A program made the translations under genes and the position numbers. DNA of 64,000 bases from Rhodobacteraceae bacterium bin131. GTDB lineage: Bacteria > Pseudomonadota > Alphaproteobacteria > Rhodobacterales > Rhodobacteraceae. The notes beneath the pieces were generated by a model. The model saw only the letters and a list, made by a program, of their open reading frames with translations. It was not told the DNA's origin and did not search any database. The DNA lies in the NCBI GenBank assembly GCA_002239085.1, contig MPNP01000001.1, forward strand, positions 49,169 through 113,168, in the 5' to 3' direction. Of the stretch, positions 49,121 to 59,090 are shown piece after piece (position 1 is the first letter of the stretch; every line of letters starts with the position of its first letter).

Positions 49121-50854
49121 ATGAAAATAAAAAAAAATTCATTGCAAACTTCTAAAGTTTTAACTTGGTTCCGAACAGGGTCTATAATCATAATGAAAAC
49201 ACAACTGAGCCGCTTGATTCATGGGGCACTAGTAGCCTTCTTTGTTATTGCTGCCGGAACCTTAAAAGTAAGTGCCGAACTTAAAGAAGTCAGTCTGCCG
49301 AGCAAAGATGAAATCAATTTCATTGCTTTGGTTTCTGGCGACAAGGATTTGTACGGCTTTTACAGGAAAATGAATTTTGAACCCATCTGGATTGGTCGAG
49401 AACCTATCCAGCAAAGACGTCTGAAGGCCTTGAAAAACGCTATCAACTTACTGGATTCTCACGGTTTATCCCTTGAGGTCATTGATGCTGTCAATTTATG
49501 GGATGGCACAGTTGATTTGAATAACCCTGCGAGGGTTCAAGAAGCAGAGGTTCGCTTTACGAACCTGTTTTTATCTTATGCTGAAATTATCAATACTGGA
49601 TGGCTTAACCCGAAAGAAGTATCAAAAAAAATTGATTTGAGCAAACCTAATCCGTTACAAGCTGAATCCATTTTGACTGAATTCGTTTCAAGTGACCCCG
49701 AGAAGTTTCTTGCCAGTCTCGCTCCACAAACATGGGAGTATGCTCAATTACGAAAAGAGCTAAAACAGTTACAAACTGATGTATTGAATGGAGGTTGGGG
49801 ACCTCAGGTCAAAGCCACTCGTTTAAGTGTCGGCGACCAGGGAAGTGAGGTGATTAAATTACGAAATAGGCTATTTCGTATGGGATACTTGCCAAAGTCT
49901 ATCAGCAGTATCTATGACCTATCTCTTGCACATGCTGTAAGGATTTTTCAGAACGTCCATGGCCTTTCACCGACTGGGACTGCAACCACAGATACAATAC
50001 AAGCAATCAACATCGAGCCTGAGATGAGAATGCAGAGCGTCATTGTGTCATTAGAACGAAGCAGGTGGATGAACCAGCCCAAAGATTCCAATTATGTCGT
50101 TGTTAACATTCCAGAATATAAGGCACGTTACTTTGAGGGCGCTAAGGTTGAGTTTGAAACTCCAGTTGTCGTAGGAAAATCAAAAGAGAACTTGCAAACT
50201 CCTGAATTTTCTAAAAATATGCAGTTTATTGTCGTTAATCCGATTTGGCACGTTCCATATTCAATCGTTACAGAAGAAATTTTTCCCTCATTGAGAAATG
50301 ATCTCGCTGCCGAACAATATATCACTTTTTATGACAATGCCGGGATACAAATTGACCGTTCAGAATTGGATTTAACAAGTCAATTCAAACGAGCATCATT
50401 CCCTTATAAGGCTAAGCAACTTCCCGGTCCCACCAATCCTCTTGGTCAAGTCAAATTTATGTTCCCTAATCGCCACAGCATATATTTACATGATAGTCCA
50501 GCAAGGAGTTTGTTTGGACGTGATTATCGAGCCTATAGTCATGGTTGTATTCGCTTGAAAAGACCGTATGAGTTTGCACGACTCCTTCTTAACAATGAAG
50601 GGTATAACTTTGATGAACTGGTGGCCGCAACTGCCGGAACTGATAATGAAATTGCAGTCTATTTGAAGAAAGAAATACCAGTTCATATAACTTATCAGAC
50701 GGCTTGGGCAGGAGAAGATGGGCGTATTCACTATCGAAAAGATATATACAACCGAGATGATTTGATCTTCGCAGCGTTAAACTTGGAAGGAGATGCAACG
50801 ACCCAGGATACGGATTTAGAAGTTGTATCAGTACAGACTTCGTTTATTCAGTAA
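49121..50854 (+). CDS. L,D-transpeptidase family protein (YcbB/LdtD-like) with peptidoglycan-binding domain
   Basis: PG-binding repeat (GSEVIKLRNRLFRMGYL...AVRIFQNVHGLSPTG) and a YkuD catalytic motif (IYLHDSPARSLFGRDYRAYSHGCIRL). The probable true start is ATG 49193, just before the signal-like helix. Confidence 0.8.
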   Translation: MKIKKNSLQTSKVLTWFRTGSIIIMKTQLSRLIHGALVAFFVIAAGTLKVSAELKEVSLPSKDEINFIALVSGDKDLYGFYRKMNFEPIWIGREPIQQRRLKALKNAINLLDSHGLSLEVIDAVNLWDGTVDLNNPARVQEAEVRFTNLFLSYAEIINTGWLNPKEVSKKIDLSKPNPLQAESILTEFVSSDPEKFLASLAPQTWEYAQLRKELKQLQTDVLNGGWGPQVKATRLSVGDQGSEVIKLRNRLFRMGYLPKSISSIYDLSLAHAVRIFQNVHGLSPTGTATTDTIQAINIEPEMRMQSVIVSLERSRWMNQPKDSNYVVVNIPEYKARYFEGAKVEFETPVVVGKSKENLQTPEFSKNMQFIVVNPIWHVPYSIVTEEIFPSLRNDLAAEQYITFYDNAGIQIDRSELDLTSQFKRASFPYKAKQLPGPTNPLGQVKFMFPNRHSIYLHDSPARSLFGRDYRAYSHGCIRLKRPYEFARLLLNNEGYNFDELVAATAGTDNEIAVYLKKEIPVHITYQTAWAGEDGRIHYRKDIYNRDDLIFAALNLEGDATTQDTDLEVVSVQTSFIQ

Positions 50855-50884
50855 TTCTATTGCCCAATACCACTTTCTAGAATT

Positions 50885-51970
50885 ATGCCAATTTTTACAG
50901 TTTCCGAGATTGCTCATTCTCTAAATGGAGAAGTGTTTGGTAATCCGTTAATTGAATTAAGGGGACTTGCAAGCGTTGAGTCTGCTGGTCACGACCAAAT
51001 CGTACTAGCGATTAAGGACGAATACCGCCAACGGCTCAGAAAAAGTAAAGCTCGAGTTGCTATTATTTCCAATGCTGATGGGTGGGATACCCTTGGCTTG
51101 GAGGCTGCAATCGTCATTGATAATCCACGCATGGGCTTGGCTTTGTCAACACAGTTGTTTCAGCCAAAATTTGAGTTCAGTCAGGGAATTCACCCTAGTA
51201 GTTATATTAGTCAATCAGCCCTCATTGAAGAAGGGTGCTCAATTGGACCGTTTTGTTACATTGGTGATAATGTTCATATTGGGCAGAAGACTAAGATTGC
51301 TGACCATGTTTCAATTTATTCGGACTCAGTTATTGGTCAAAATGGATTGTTAAATTCAGGCGTTCGGGTCGGTTCTCATGTGAGTATCGGAGATTTTTTT
51401 AAATGCCATGCAAACACGGTCATTGGATGTGATGGTTTTTCGTTTGAAACCAAAGAACAAGGTTCAATCGACGATGTTAAAGAAACTCTTGGTGCCGGAG
51501 TTAAGCATACTCAATCAAACTACTATAAAGTCTATTCTTTGGGGTCAGTTAGAATCGGTGATCATGTTGAAATTGGGGCTTGTACAGCGATTGACAGGGG
51601 GACACTCATAGCGACTTCAATAGGAAGTGGAACTAAACTTGATAATCTCGTCCACATTGCTCATAATGTTCAAATCGGAAGAGATTGCTTAATTTGTGGG
51701 CAGGTGGGGATTGCTGGTTCAGCAAAACTTGGTGACCGAGTTGTTTTTGGTGGGCAAGTCGGTGTAAAAGATCATATCAAGGTCGGTAATGATGTTATTG
51801 CTGGTGGTGCAACAAAGATTTTTTCTAATGTTTCCGCAGGGAAGATTGTCATGGGTTCACCCGCAGTTGAAATGACTCATAATATTGCCATATATAAAGC
51901 GTTAAGGAAGTTGCCCAAATTGTTACAAAAAGTTAAACTGTTGGAACAAAAATTAGGACGTCCGGGATAA
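50885..51970 (+). CDS. lpxD: UDP-3-O-acylglucosamine N-acyltransferase (LpxD-like)
   Basis: 361 aa. LpxD-type N-terminal domain ([17 protein letters not shown]) followed by left-handed beta-helix hexapeptide repeats and a C-terminal helix. Confidence 0.8.
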   Translation: MPIFTVSEIAHSLNGEVFGNPLIELRGLASVESAGHDQIVLAIKDEYRQRLRKSKARVAIISNADGWDTLGLEAAIVIDNPRMGLALSTQLFQPKFEFSQGIHPSSYISQSALIEEGCSIGPFCYIGDNVHIGQKTKIADHVSIYSDSVIGQNGLLNSGVRVGSHVSIGDFFKCHANTVIGCDGFSFETKEQGSIDDVKETLGAGVKHTQSNYYKVYSLGSVRIGDHVEIGACTAIDRGTLIATSIGSGTKLDNLVHIAHNVQIGRDCLICGQVGIAGSAKLGDRVVFGGQVGVKDHIKVGNDVIAGGATKIFSNVSAGKIVMGSPAVEMTHNIAIYKALRKLPKLLQKVKLLEQKLGRPG

Positions 51971-52000
51971 TCCCTTTAGTAGACAAATCCAGAATTTTTT

Positions 52001-52267
52001 ATGGAAGACTCAATCCCCACAAAGGTAATTCAAATCATTGCTGAACAAGCCGTACTGGATGTAACAGACGTAACTCCTGAATCGACCCTTCAAGAACTCG
52101 GGATAGATTCGCTTGGTGTTTTTGAATCAATCTTCGCCATTGAAGAGTCTTTTGATATTCAAATCCCCTTTGATGCCAATTACCCTGAGCAAAGCGAATT
52201 AGATATTTCAAGCGTGAGTTCAATCATTGAAGCAGTTGAAAAACTGGTAATGGGCAAGGAAAACTGA
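52001..52267 (+). CDS. Specialised acyl carrier protein
   Basis: 88 aa with the phosphopantetheine attachment motif LGIDSLGVFE. From memory it resembles AcpXL/NodF-type ACPs rather than AcpP. Confidence 0.8.
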   Translation: MEDSIPTKVIQIIAEQAVLDVTDVTPESTLQELGIDSLGVFESIFAIEESFDIQIPFDANYPEQSELDISSVSSIIEAVEKLVMGKEN

Positions 52268-52273
52268 GAGTCA

Positions 52274-53482
52274 ATGCATCGGGTTGTCATCACCGGTCAA
52301 GGGACTTTCAATCCTTTAGGTAAATCAGTAGCGGAGACTTGGAAGGCTTTCCAAGAAGGTCACTGCGCCATCGCCCCAGTTGACATTGACGGCGTTGAAA
52401 GGCTATCAATCAAAATCGGCGGTCAGATCAAAGATTATAACCCCGAAGATCATTTCAATCGCCAGGAATTAGCTCTTTATGACCGATACACACAGTTTGC
52501 GCTGTTTGCTGCTAGTGAAGCAATTGAGCAATCGGGATTAGATTTTTCAAATGATTTAGCATTGCATACTGGCGTTGTTATTGGTACAGCTGCTGGGGGA
52601 TTAAATACCCTTGATGAGAGTTATAAACAGGTCTATCAGGAGAAAAAAAATCGTGTTCATCCTTTGGTAGTGCCCAAGCTCATGAATAATGCGGCTGCAA
52701 GTATTGTCTCCATGAAATACAATTTACAAGGACCGACCTATTCAATTGCCACAGCATGTGCTTCCTCAAACCACGCCATCGGTAGCGCGTACCAGTTAAT
52801 TCAAACTGGTGGTGCAACTTGTATGATTGCTGGTGGAAGCGAATGCATGATTTGTTTTGGTGGCATCAAAGTTTGGGAAGCACTCAGAGTTATGTCATCA
52901 AATACTTGCCGGCCATTCTCACGCAACAGAAAAGGTATGATAATGGGTGAGGGGGCCGCATTATTTGTATTGGAAGAATACGAGTCAGCAAGAAACCGTG
53001 GTGCCGATATTCTCGCAGAGATTATTGGGTTTTCAATGACCTCAGATGCCAAAGATATCGTTGTTTTGTCAATGGATGGTCCAAAGAGGGCCATGGAGAA
53101 TGCAATTAGTAATGCAAAAGTGAATCGAGAGGAGGTTGATTATATCAACGCCCATGGTACGGGTACTGTTGTAAACGATCGCGTTGAGACTGCGGTTATT
53201 AAGCAAGTATTTGGTGAAAGGGCAAAAGAATTAATGGTGTCATCAACTAAATCAATGCATGGACACTTGATCGGTGGGACGGGAGCTATTGAACTGTTAG
53301 CCTGTACTCTCGCCTTGCAAAAAGGGGTTATTGCACCGACAGTCAATTATGAAGAATTTGATCCAGAATGTGACCTTAATGTCGTTCCGAACGAGGCACA
53401 AGAAGCTAAAGTTAGAGTATCTATTTCAAATGCATTCGCTTTTGGTGGCTTAAATGCAGTACTTGTGTTGAAAAGGACCTAA
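52274..53482 (+). CDS. Beta-ketoacyl-ACP synthase II-like condensing enzyme
   Basis: 402 aa. Active-site Cys context IATACASSNHAIG, His motifs NAHGTGT and SMHGHLIGG, and C-terminal NAFAFGGLNAVLV. Confidence 0.85.
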   Translation: MHRVVITGQGTFNPLGKSVAETWKAFQEGHCAIAPVDIDGVERLSIKIGGQIKDYNPEDHFNRQELALYDRYTQFALFAASEAIEQSGLDFSNDLALHTGVVIGTAAGGLNTLDESYKQVYQEKKNRVHPLVVPKLMNNAAASIVSMKYNLQGPTYSIATACASSNHAIGSAYQLIQTGGATCMIAGGSECMICFGGIKVWEALRVMSSNTCRPFSRNRKGMIMGEGAALFVLEEYESARNRGADILAEIIGFSMTSDAKDIVVLSMDGPKRAMENAISNAKVNREEVDYINAHGTGTVVNDRVETAVIKQVFGERAKELMVSSTKSMHGHLIGGTGAIELLACTLALQKGVIAPTVNYEEFDPECDLNVVPNEAQEAKVRVSISNAFAFGGLNAVLVLKRT

Positions 53483-53549
53483 ATGAGCAATCGTATCAGT
53501 CGAAAAGAAAACAAAACCACTCTGACTGATTTACAGTGAATCATTGGTC

Positions 53550-54152
53550 TTAGATCTTATCCCACGCTTCCGTAAAGCCATTTAAAGAAACCGAATAAAC
53601 TAACGGCTCGGGTTCATTGAAGTAGTTAAAGGTCATCAGCAGAATCTTTCCAGATTTTAAATTGTCAACTTCTGAACCAAATACTGCGGCTTCAACTAAG
53701 CACCCATCCGAACGACAATAGCTGAATTGGTATTGCTTTTCAGGCTTTGTATCATCAACAATCAAGCGTAAGCCTGTGCGTAGATTTGTTCCCAATGGGG
53801 TGAGTATGTTCATACCAGCTTTAATCAGAGGGTCGTTTTCAACTTTAAAAATTTCGACAATGGCATTAACTCTTTCACCATCTGGAGAATAGATAATTTG
53901 CTGCATAAAGCATACGACGTTTTCTTCAGCACCTTGTCCAACGTTACAATTAACTACCCAGTCACCAACCTCTTCAGGGACTGGTTGACCAACTTGTAAG
54001 TTACTTAGATTGTTATCCGTGGAAACCTCATCTGTTGCAGTCTCTTCAACCGGAGTCTCTTCATTGGTTTGAGCATGAACAACCGACCAAGTGAAGGAAC
54101 CTAAGAAGATAGAAATTAGAGTCAAACGAAATAAGTAATTCTTTTTGAGCAT
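53550..54152 (-). CDS. Secreted protein, invasion-associated locus B (IalB)-like
   Basis: 200 aa. Signal peptide and Cys-pair pattern (GDWVVNCNV...VVCFMQQ; YCRSDGCLVEA), reminiscent of the IalB family. Not verifiable without an HMM. Confidence 0.5.
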   Translation of the reverse strand: MLKKNYLFRLTLISIFLGSFTWSVVHAQTNEETPVEETATDEVSTDNNLSNLQVGQPVPEEVGDWVVNCNVGQGAEENVVCFMQQIIYSPDGERVNAIVEIFKVENDPLIKAGMNILTPLGTNLRTGLRLIVDDTKPEKQYQFSYCRSDGCLVEAAVFGSEVDNLKSGKILLMTFNYFNEPEPLVYSVSLNGFTEAWDKI

Positions 54153-54263
54153 TTTTATATACCAATGAAAAATAGTGAATTATGAACATGTAGACATATT
54201 TATTTCTAAAGAAAAAATTCAATACTCAGTCGCTATAAGTAATTTGATTCGCTGAGAATTCGT

Positions 54264-55559
54264 CTATTGCTCCTCGCTCTGTTTAGTTATTTTCAGTTGT
54301 GTTATGCGGTTTCGTTCTCGACCAGTTACTTCAAATCGAAACCCTTCGAGCCAATAAATTTCGCCTATTTCAGGAATATATTTAAGCTCATTAATCAATA
54401 ACCCAGCGATAGTTACCGCTTGATCCTGAGAAAAATCAGTAGCGAGTTGGCGGTTAATATCTCTGACTGTAACCGACCCTTCAACCAAATATTCGCCTGA
54501 ATTGATTTCTTGAACTTCAGGTTCGCGCTTCTCGTCATGTTCATCGTCAATTTCGCCGACAATTTCTTCAATGATGTCCTCAAGAGTAACAAGGCCTTGC
54601 AAAGCCCCGTATTCATCGACAACAAGTGCAAAGTGTGTTCGCTTCTCTAAAAAGTCGCGCATTTGGACTCCAAGAGGGGTAGTTTCTAAAACAAAGTATG
54701 GATCTTTGAGTTCCTGGTACCACGGATTGATGTCGGCTTTGATTGGTGTTTTCTTCCCTGTAATGTCCCAGTGTTTTCGATAAAGATCTTTAACATGGGC
54801 TATCTTTATTATATTTTCAGTTTCTCCTTGAAACACGGGCAATCGCGAGAATGGAGTATGCAAACATTTGGACAAAATGGTTTCATAGTTATCATCGCTG
54901 TTAAGCATTTCGATTTCAGAACGATGCAGCATGACTTCCTCAATGGTCCGATTAGGGAGATCTAAGGCCCCTAAAATTCTCTTTTGATCTTCCTTGTCAA
55001 ACAAACCTGAAGGGATAGCGAGGCCTATTCGGCCGATAATTTCATCTTGAACATCAGCGAGGCTATCTGGTTGGTGCTCAGCAATGCCAAAGAAACCGAG
55101 AATTCGACTGATAAGAAACTGAATAACATTGACTATAGGAGAAAAAATAGCAATAAAAGGTGCGAGAATTATTGAGGCCTTGTGAGATGCTATCTCAGGA
55201 CGAGCAATCGCATAACTTTTGGGAAGAATTTCGGCAAATATCAGTAAAAATGCGGTCATGACGACAGTTGTAATGAGTATCCCATTGTCGCCAAAAATGA
55301 TGACAAACATATTGGTTGCCACTGATGTTGCTAGGATATTTACGAGGTTGTTACCAAGAAGAATTCCACTCACGAGCCGTTTTCGGTTGGAGGTTAAGTC
55401 AAGGGCTTTTTTAGCCCCCTTACTTCCTTTTTCAGCCTGAACCTTTAACTTCCCCCTTGAAGCAGCTGTTAAGGCAGTTTCCGAGCCTGAAAACATGGCT
55501 GATAACACAATGAGAAGGAGGATAAATATTGAGTTAAATAAGATCGTATCAAATGGCAT
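54264..55559 (-). CDS. HlyC/CorC (CNNM) family transporter: DUF21 + CBS pair + CorC_HlyC domain
   Basis: 431 aa. Four N-terminal TM helices (FSGSETALTAAS), a CBS region, and a C-terminal transporter-associated domain (GFRFEVTGRERNRITQLKI). Confidence 0.85.
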   Translation of the reverse strand: MPFDTILFNSIFILLLIVLSAMFSGSETALTAASRGKLKVQAEKGSKGAKKALDLTSNRKRLVSGILLGNNLVNILATSVATNMFVIIFGDNGILITTVVMTAFLLIFAEILPKSYAIARPEIASHKASIILAPFIAIFSPIVNVIQFLISRILGFFGIAEHQPDSLADVQDEIIGRIGLAIPSGLFDKEDQKRILGALDLPNRTIEEVMLHRSEIEMLNSDDNYETILSKCLHTPFSRLPVFQGETENIIKIAHVKDLYRKHWDITGKKTPIKADINPWYQELKDPYFVLETTPLGVQMRDFLEKRTHFALVVDEYGALQGLVTLEDIIEEIVGEIDDEHDEKREPEVQEINSGEYLVEGSVTVRDINRQLATDFSQDQAVTIAGLLINELKYIPEIGEIYWLEGFRFEVTGRERNRITQLKITKQSEEQ

Positions 55560-55625
55560 TGCAAACTGTTAGTCAAAAAGTTGAAGTCAATTTAGCCGGA
55601 ATAAAATTGAGAACGAATTGCAATT

Positions 55626-56567
55626 TTACTTAGCCTCGCGAGCAAGCGGATGTTTTGTAAGAACGGTTTTCTTGAGATGCGAATCAACGACATGAGTATA
55701 GATTTGTGTTGTCCCAATTTCAGAATGTCCCAAAAGCTCCTGAATGACTCTTAAGTCGGCACCATTTGTTAACCAATGAGTAGCAATTGAATGGCGTAGA
55801 ACATGTGGCGATAGTTTTGCCTTGGAGATGCCGACGGACTGGCCGATTTCCTGGATCAGTGTGAACGCTCGAATCCGCGATAAGTGCCCATTACCACGAG
55901 CCGAGGGAAAAAGATAATTTGACTCTTGCTTACGAGTTTCTTTTTGGCGTTTAATTTCCAATTGGTTAAGCCAATTTCCAATGGCTCGGTTGGCAACTTT
56001 AGAAATGGGGACAAGCCGTTCTTTAGAACCTTTGCCTTTAACAATAATTGCATCAGGATTGCCTTGAACAGTATTACGTGGAAGTTCAACGATCTCAGAT
56101 ACCCGCATTCCAGTTGCATACATCAATTCAAAGAGACACGAATTGCGCGCCTTGAGGTAATCATTCTTTCCGTAATTCTTTGCTTGGTCAAGCAAAAGGG
56201 TTATTTCTTCTACCGATAAACATTTAGGTAATGATCGGGGGATTCTAGGGCTTTTGATTGTTGCTCCCAAATAATCACTCCGAAACCCATCTTCTTGCAG
56301 AAAACGGTAAAACTCTTTGATAACTGAAAGTTTACGAGCTTGGGTTGATTTGGATAGCTTTTGGGAATTAAGGTCACTCAAATAAGTCGTGATATTATCA
56401 CGAGTTGCACCAAGTAAGGAAATATTTTGACTGCTCAGATATTGCTTTAAACCTCGCATATCCCGCCGATATTCATTGACTGTATTAGCTGCTGCATTGC
56501 GCTCGGCAATCAACATTTCAATGAAAAGATCAATGAGTTGGATACATTTGATATTTTTCATTTTCAA
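55626..56567 (-). CDS. xerD: Site-specific tyrosine recombinase XerD
   Basis: 313 aa. Catalytic residues in context (ATGMRVSE; HVLRHSIATHWL; LGHSEIGTTQIYTHV). Housekeeping synteny next to aroK-aroB. Confidence 0.85.
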   Translation of the reverse strand: MKMKNIKCIQLIDLFIEMLIAERNAAANTVNEYRRDMRGLKQYLSSQNISLLGATRDNITTYLSDLNSQKLSKSTQARKLSVIKEFYRFLQEDGFRSDYLGATIKSPRIPRSLPKCLSVEEITLLLDQAKNYGKNDYLKARNSCLFELMYATGMRVSEIVELPRNTVQGNPDAIIVKGKGSKERLVPISKVANRAIGNWLNQLEIKRQKETRKQESNYLFPSARGNGHLSRIRAFTLIQEIGQSVGISKAKLSPHVLRHSIATHWLTNGADLRVIQELLGHSEIGTTQIYTHVVDSHLKKTVLTKHPLAREAK

Positions 56568-58047
56568 TTAACAAAATTTGGAGAGCAATTTCGCGAGCTT
56601 CATCTTTTAATCCAAATCGGGAAAGAGTTTCAAGTGCTGTTCCGATTTCATGAGGCGGGGTTTGGGTAATATCTTGGAGAATATCTAAAGTTTCTAATAA
56701 GGCTAGACCGTTTATATTACTGCGGCTATTCAATTCCACTTTATCGCCAGGTTTGAAGATTTTTAGACCTTCAAGAATAGATTCCTGCAACGCGGAATTA
56801 GGAATGGCTTCATTTAAGCGACCAAATTTCAAATCAATATAAAAATCTTCATTACGATTTGTCGGTACAAGTAAGTCGCGTTGATTGATACTGAGATCAC
56901 TTAAAATGACGGGAATAAAATGTCGAGGAGGAATTTTTCCATATTCCAAAAGTTGGTTGATAATCCGCGGTACAAAATACTTCGAAAATTCAACCTCCAA
57001 ACCAGCTTGAAGCATGAGTTTAAAAGCTTCCTGAAAAAACTTATTAATATCGTCTTCACGATCAAAATAGATTGCTTCTTCAAGGGATTGAATAGCATTA
57101 ACCCGATCCCAAACTCCCCCTGAAGCCGGTGGTTTATTCTCAGCGTAAGTTACTAATAAGGTTTCAAAAGGTAAAGCAATGCTTTGTACGAGACTTTCAT
57201 GGGCGCCAATCCGCGTTTTCCATGGTGAATTGGAATTTTTTTGATAATACCCTAAAGTATTATTCATATTTTGAAAACTATAGGAATAACCGCTGTCAAC
57301 AAGCATACGAAAGTGAAGGGGGCTTAATTCATCAATCGTGAATCCTGATGTTTTGAAAGTGAGTTCGGGGTAGAGATAAATTAAGATTATCTGTTCCTCA
57401 AGAGGTGAAAACTCGCCAAGAGCTTGGGCAACTTTAAAGGCGACGCTGGCCGTCTCCCATTCACCGAGTCGTACAAGGCAGTAAATACGTTGAGCCAAAG
57501 TTGGTTGGATACTAATGTCCCGTAGTATTTCTTGGCAAATTTGGGTTTCATTATTGGTTAAAAGGGCTATGTTAAAGCGCCTCTGAAAAAATTTCCTTAC
57601 GCTACGACCTGCACGGTCCATTAATACATTAGCATGATCAAGGGCACCAAGCTCCAGTAATTTATCAATTCGTACAAGAAATAGTTTTCCTTCTCCAAGA
57701 GAGTCAATTGGGGGGTCAGATTCAGCCAATAGAATGACATAAAGCAACTCAAGTGCTTCGGGAACAAGATTCGTCCCCATGCGGCTAATCTGGTCAGTAA
57801 TTGCTGAAGTTGTTGACCCTTTCCATAACTGTTTTGGAAACCCTGAAACACTACTTGGGATAAGGCCAACAGAATTCACATCCAAATCCATCAAGGTTGA
57901 TTGTGTGATGGTCAATGAATCAGATTCAGAATAACCAAGCGTTTGGTTAAAGAAGGTTCCAGTTTGGGAATTTGCTTGACTATAACATATCCCAAGGAAC
58001 GGGATAAGGAGAGCTGTTGATAGTAAAGTGCTAGCTCTGATTTGCAT
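56530..58047 (-). CDS. Secreted hypothetical protein
   Basis: The ORF is open to 58137, but ATG 58047 begins a signal peptide (MQIRASTLLSTALLIPFLGICYSQA). No recognisable catalytic motif. The 3' end overlaps the xerD start by 38 nt. Confidence 0.6.
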   Translation of the reverse strand: MQIRASTLLSTALLIPFLGICYSQANSQTGTFFNQTLGYSESDSLTITQSTLMDLDVNSVGLIPSSVSGFPKQLWKGSTTSAITDQISRMGTNLVPEALELLYVILLAESDPPIDSLGEGKLFLVRIDKLLELGALDHANVLMDRAGRSVRKFFQRRFNIALLTNNETQICQEILRDISIQPTLAQRIYCLVRLGEWETASVAFKVAQALGEFSPLEEQIILIYLYPELTFKTSGFTIDELSPLHFRMLVDSGYSYSFQNMNNTLGYYQKNSNSPWKTRIGAHESLVQSIALPFETLLVTYAENKPPASGGVWDRVNAIQSLEEAIYFDREDDINKFFQEAFKLMLQAGLEVEFSKYFVPRIINQLLEYGKIPPRHFIPVILSDLSINQRDLLVPTNRNEDFYIDLKFGRLNEAIPNSALQESILEGLKIFKPGDKVELNSRSNINGLALLETLDILQDITQTPPHEIGTALETLSRFGLKDEAREIALQILLIENEKYQMYPTH

Positions 58048-58171
58048 TGACCTCAATTGGTATTTCAATGATACCCTCAGGGGGCGTAAGGTTACCAAAA
58101 TAGGAATACCCAAGCAGACCTGCGAATACAACGACAATTATAAAAACTAAAATTACTATCCTTCGCCACAT
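58031..58171 (-). CDS. Possible 46-aa single-pass membrane peptide
   Basis: Read by hand as MWRRIVILVFIIVVVFAGLLGYSYFGNLTPPEGIIEIPIEVNANQS. It has one clear TM helix, overlaps the start of the downstream 505-aa gene out of frame, and falls below the ORF-track cutoff. It could be a chance ORF. Confidence 0.2.
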   Translation of the reverse strand: MWRRIVILVFIIVVVFAGLLGYSYFGNLTPPEGIIEIPIEVNANQS

Positions 58172-58562
58172 TGGGAATGGGTCATTTTAAAAATTATTCT
58201 TCTAGTATTAAATAGAGTTGTATGAGAATAAAAGCAAATTCATGACTTGGAAGCATGACGAACTTGTTGATCTGATCAAGGAAATCAAAATTTGTATTAA
58301 TCTCATTCGTGTAAATATAATGATTGTCTCAAACCTAGATTATAGGTGTGGCAGGATTTTTGAATTGCTATGAAACGAACAATTTTATTGCTTATAAATT
58401 AAAAACTTAAAGTACTAAAAATAATGATAATTCCTTGCATTTCCCAATTTAAGTGAATCAAGATTTCTTGAATAATTGCCTTTCGGCTTGTATATGATTG
58501 CCTTTTCTTAAGCGACTAATCTAAGTGAGCTGAAACTAATTTCCCACGGCAAAGAAAATTCT

Positions 58563-59090
58563 ATGCAAAATACATTAAAATGTCCCGTCGCTCTTATCGG
58601 TTTCATGGGAGTTGGGAAATCTACAATTGGCAAAAGATTAGCGAAGGAACTTCAGGTTGATTTTATCGATACAGACATGCAGGTTGAACAACGGGTAAAT
58701 AAAACCATTAGTGAAATATTTGCTGACTCTGGAGAGGATTATTTCAGAGAATTAGAGCATGCCGTCATTGATGAAATCTTTCTTGATGCTCCTCGAGTGG
58801 TCGCGATTGGTGGCGGAGCTTACTGCTTTGAAAAGAACAGAAAAATTATCGAATCAGTTGCGACTTCGATTTTGCTCCAAGCGGCACCCGAAACTATTTT
58901 TGAGCGTTTAAAAGTAGACCAAACAAGGCCCCTTCTTATGCATGAAAACAAAATTGCTGAAATCCGCAATTTACTTACCCTCCGGGAAGCATCTTATCAA
59001 TTGGCACGATATTGCTTCAGAACCGATGACGGAACGGCATTTGACGAACTCGTAATGAAAATTAAGCAAACTATTTTAGGAAATCAATGA
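58563..59090 (+). CDS. aroK: Shikimate kinase
   Basis: 175 aa. Walker A GFMGVGKSTIGKRLA and the FRELE motif. Confidence 0.9.
   Translation: MQNTLKCPVALIGFMGVGKSTIGKRLAKELQVDFIDTDMQVEQRVNKTISEIFADSGEDYFRELEHAVIDEIFLDAPRVVAIGGGAYCFEKNRKIIESVATSILLQAAPETIFERLKVDQTRPLLMHENKIAEIRNLLTLREASYQLARYCFRTDDGTAFDELVMKIKQTILGNQ

Noticed and set aside
55626-56567. Tyrosine recombinase considered as an integrase marking a mobile element.
   Set aside because: The sequence has XerD-specific C-terminal motifs and sits in the conserved xerD/aroK-aroB housekeeping context, about 25 kb from the accessory island. There are no att-like repeats or phage/IS genes nearby.
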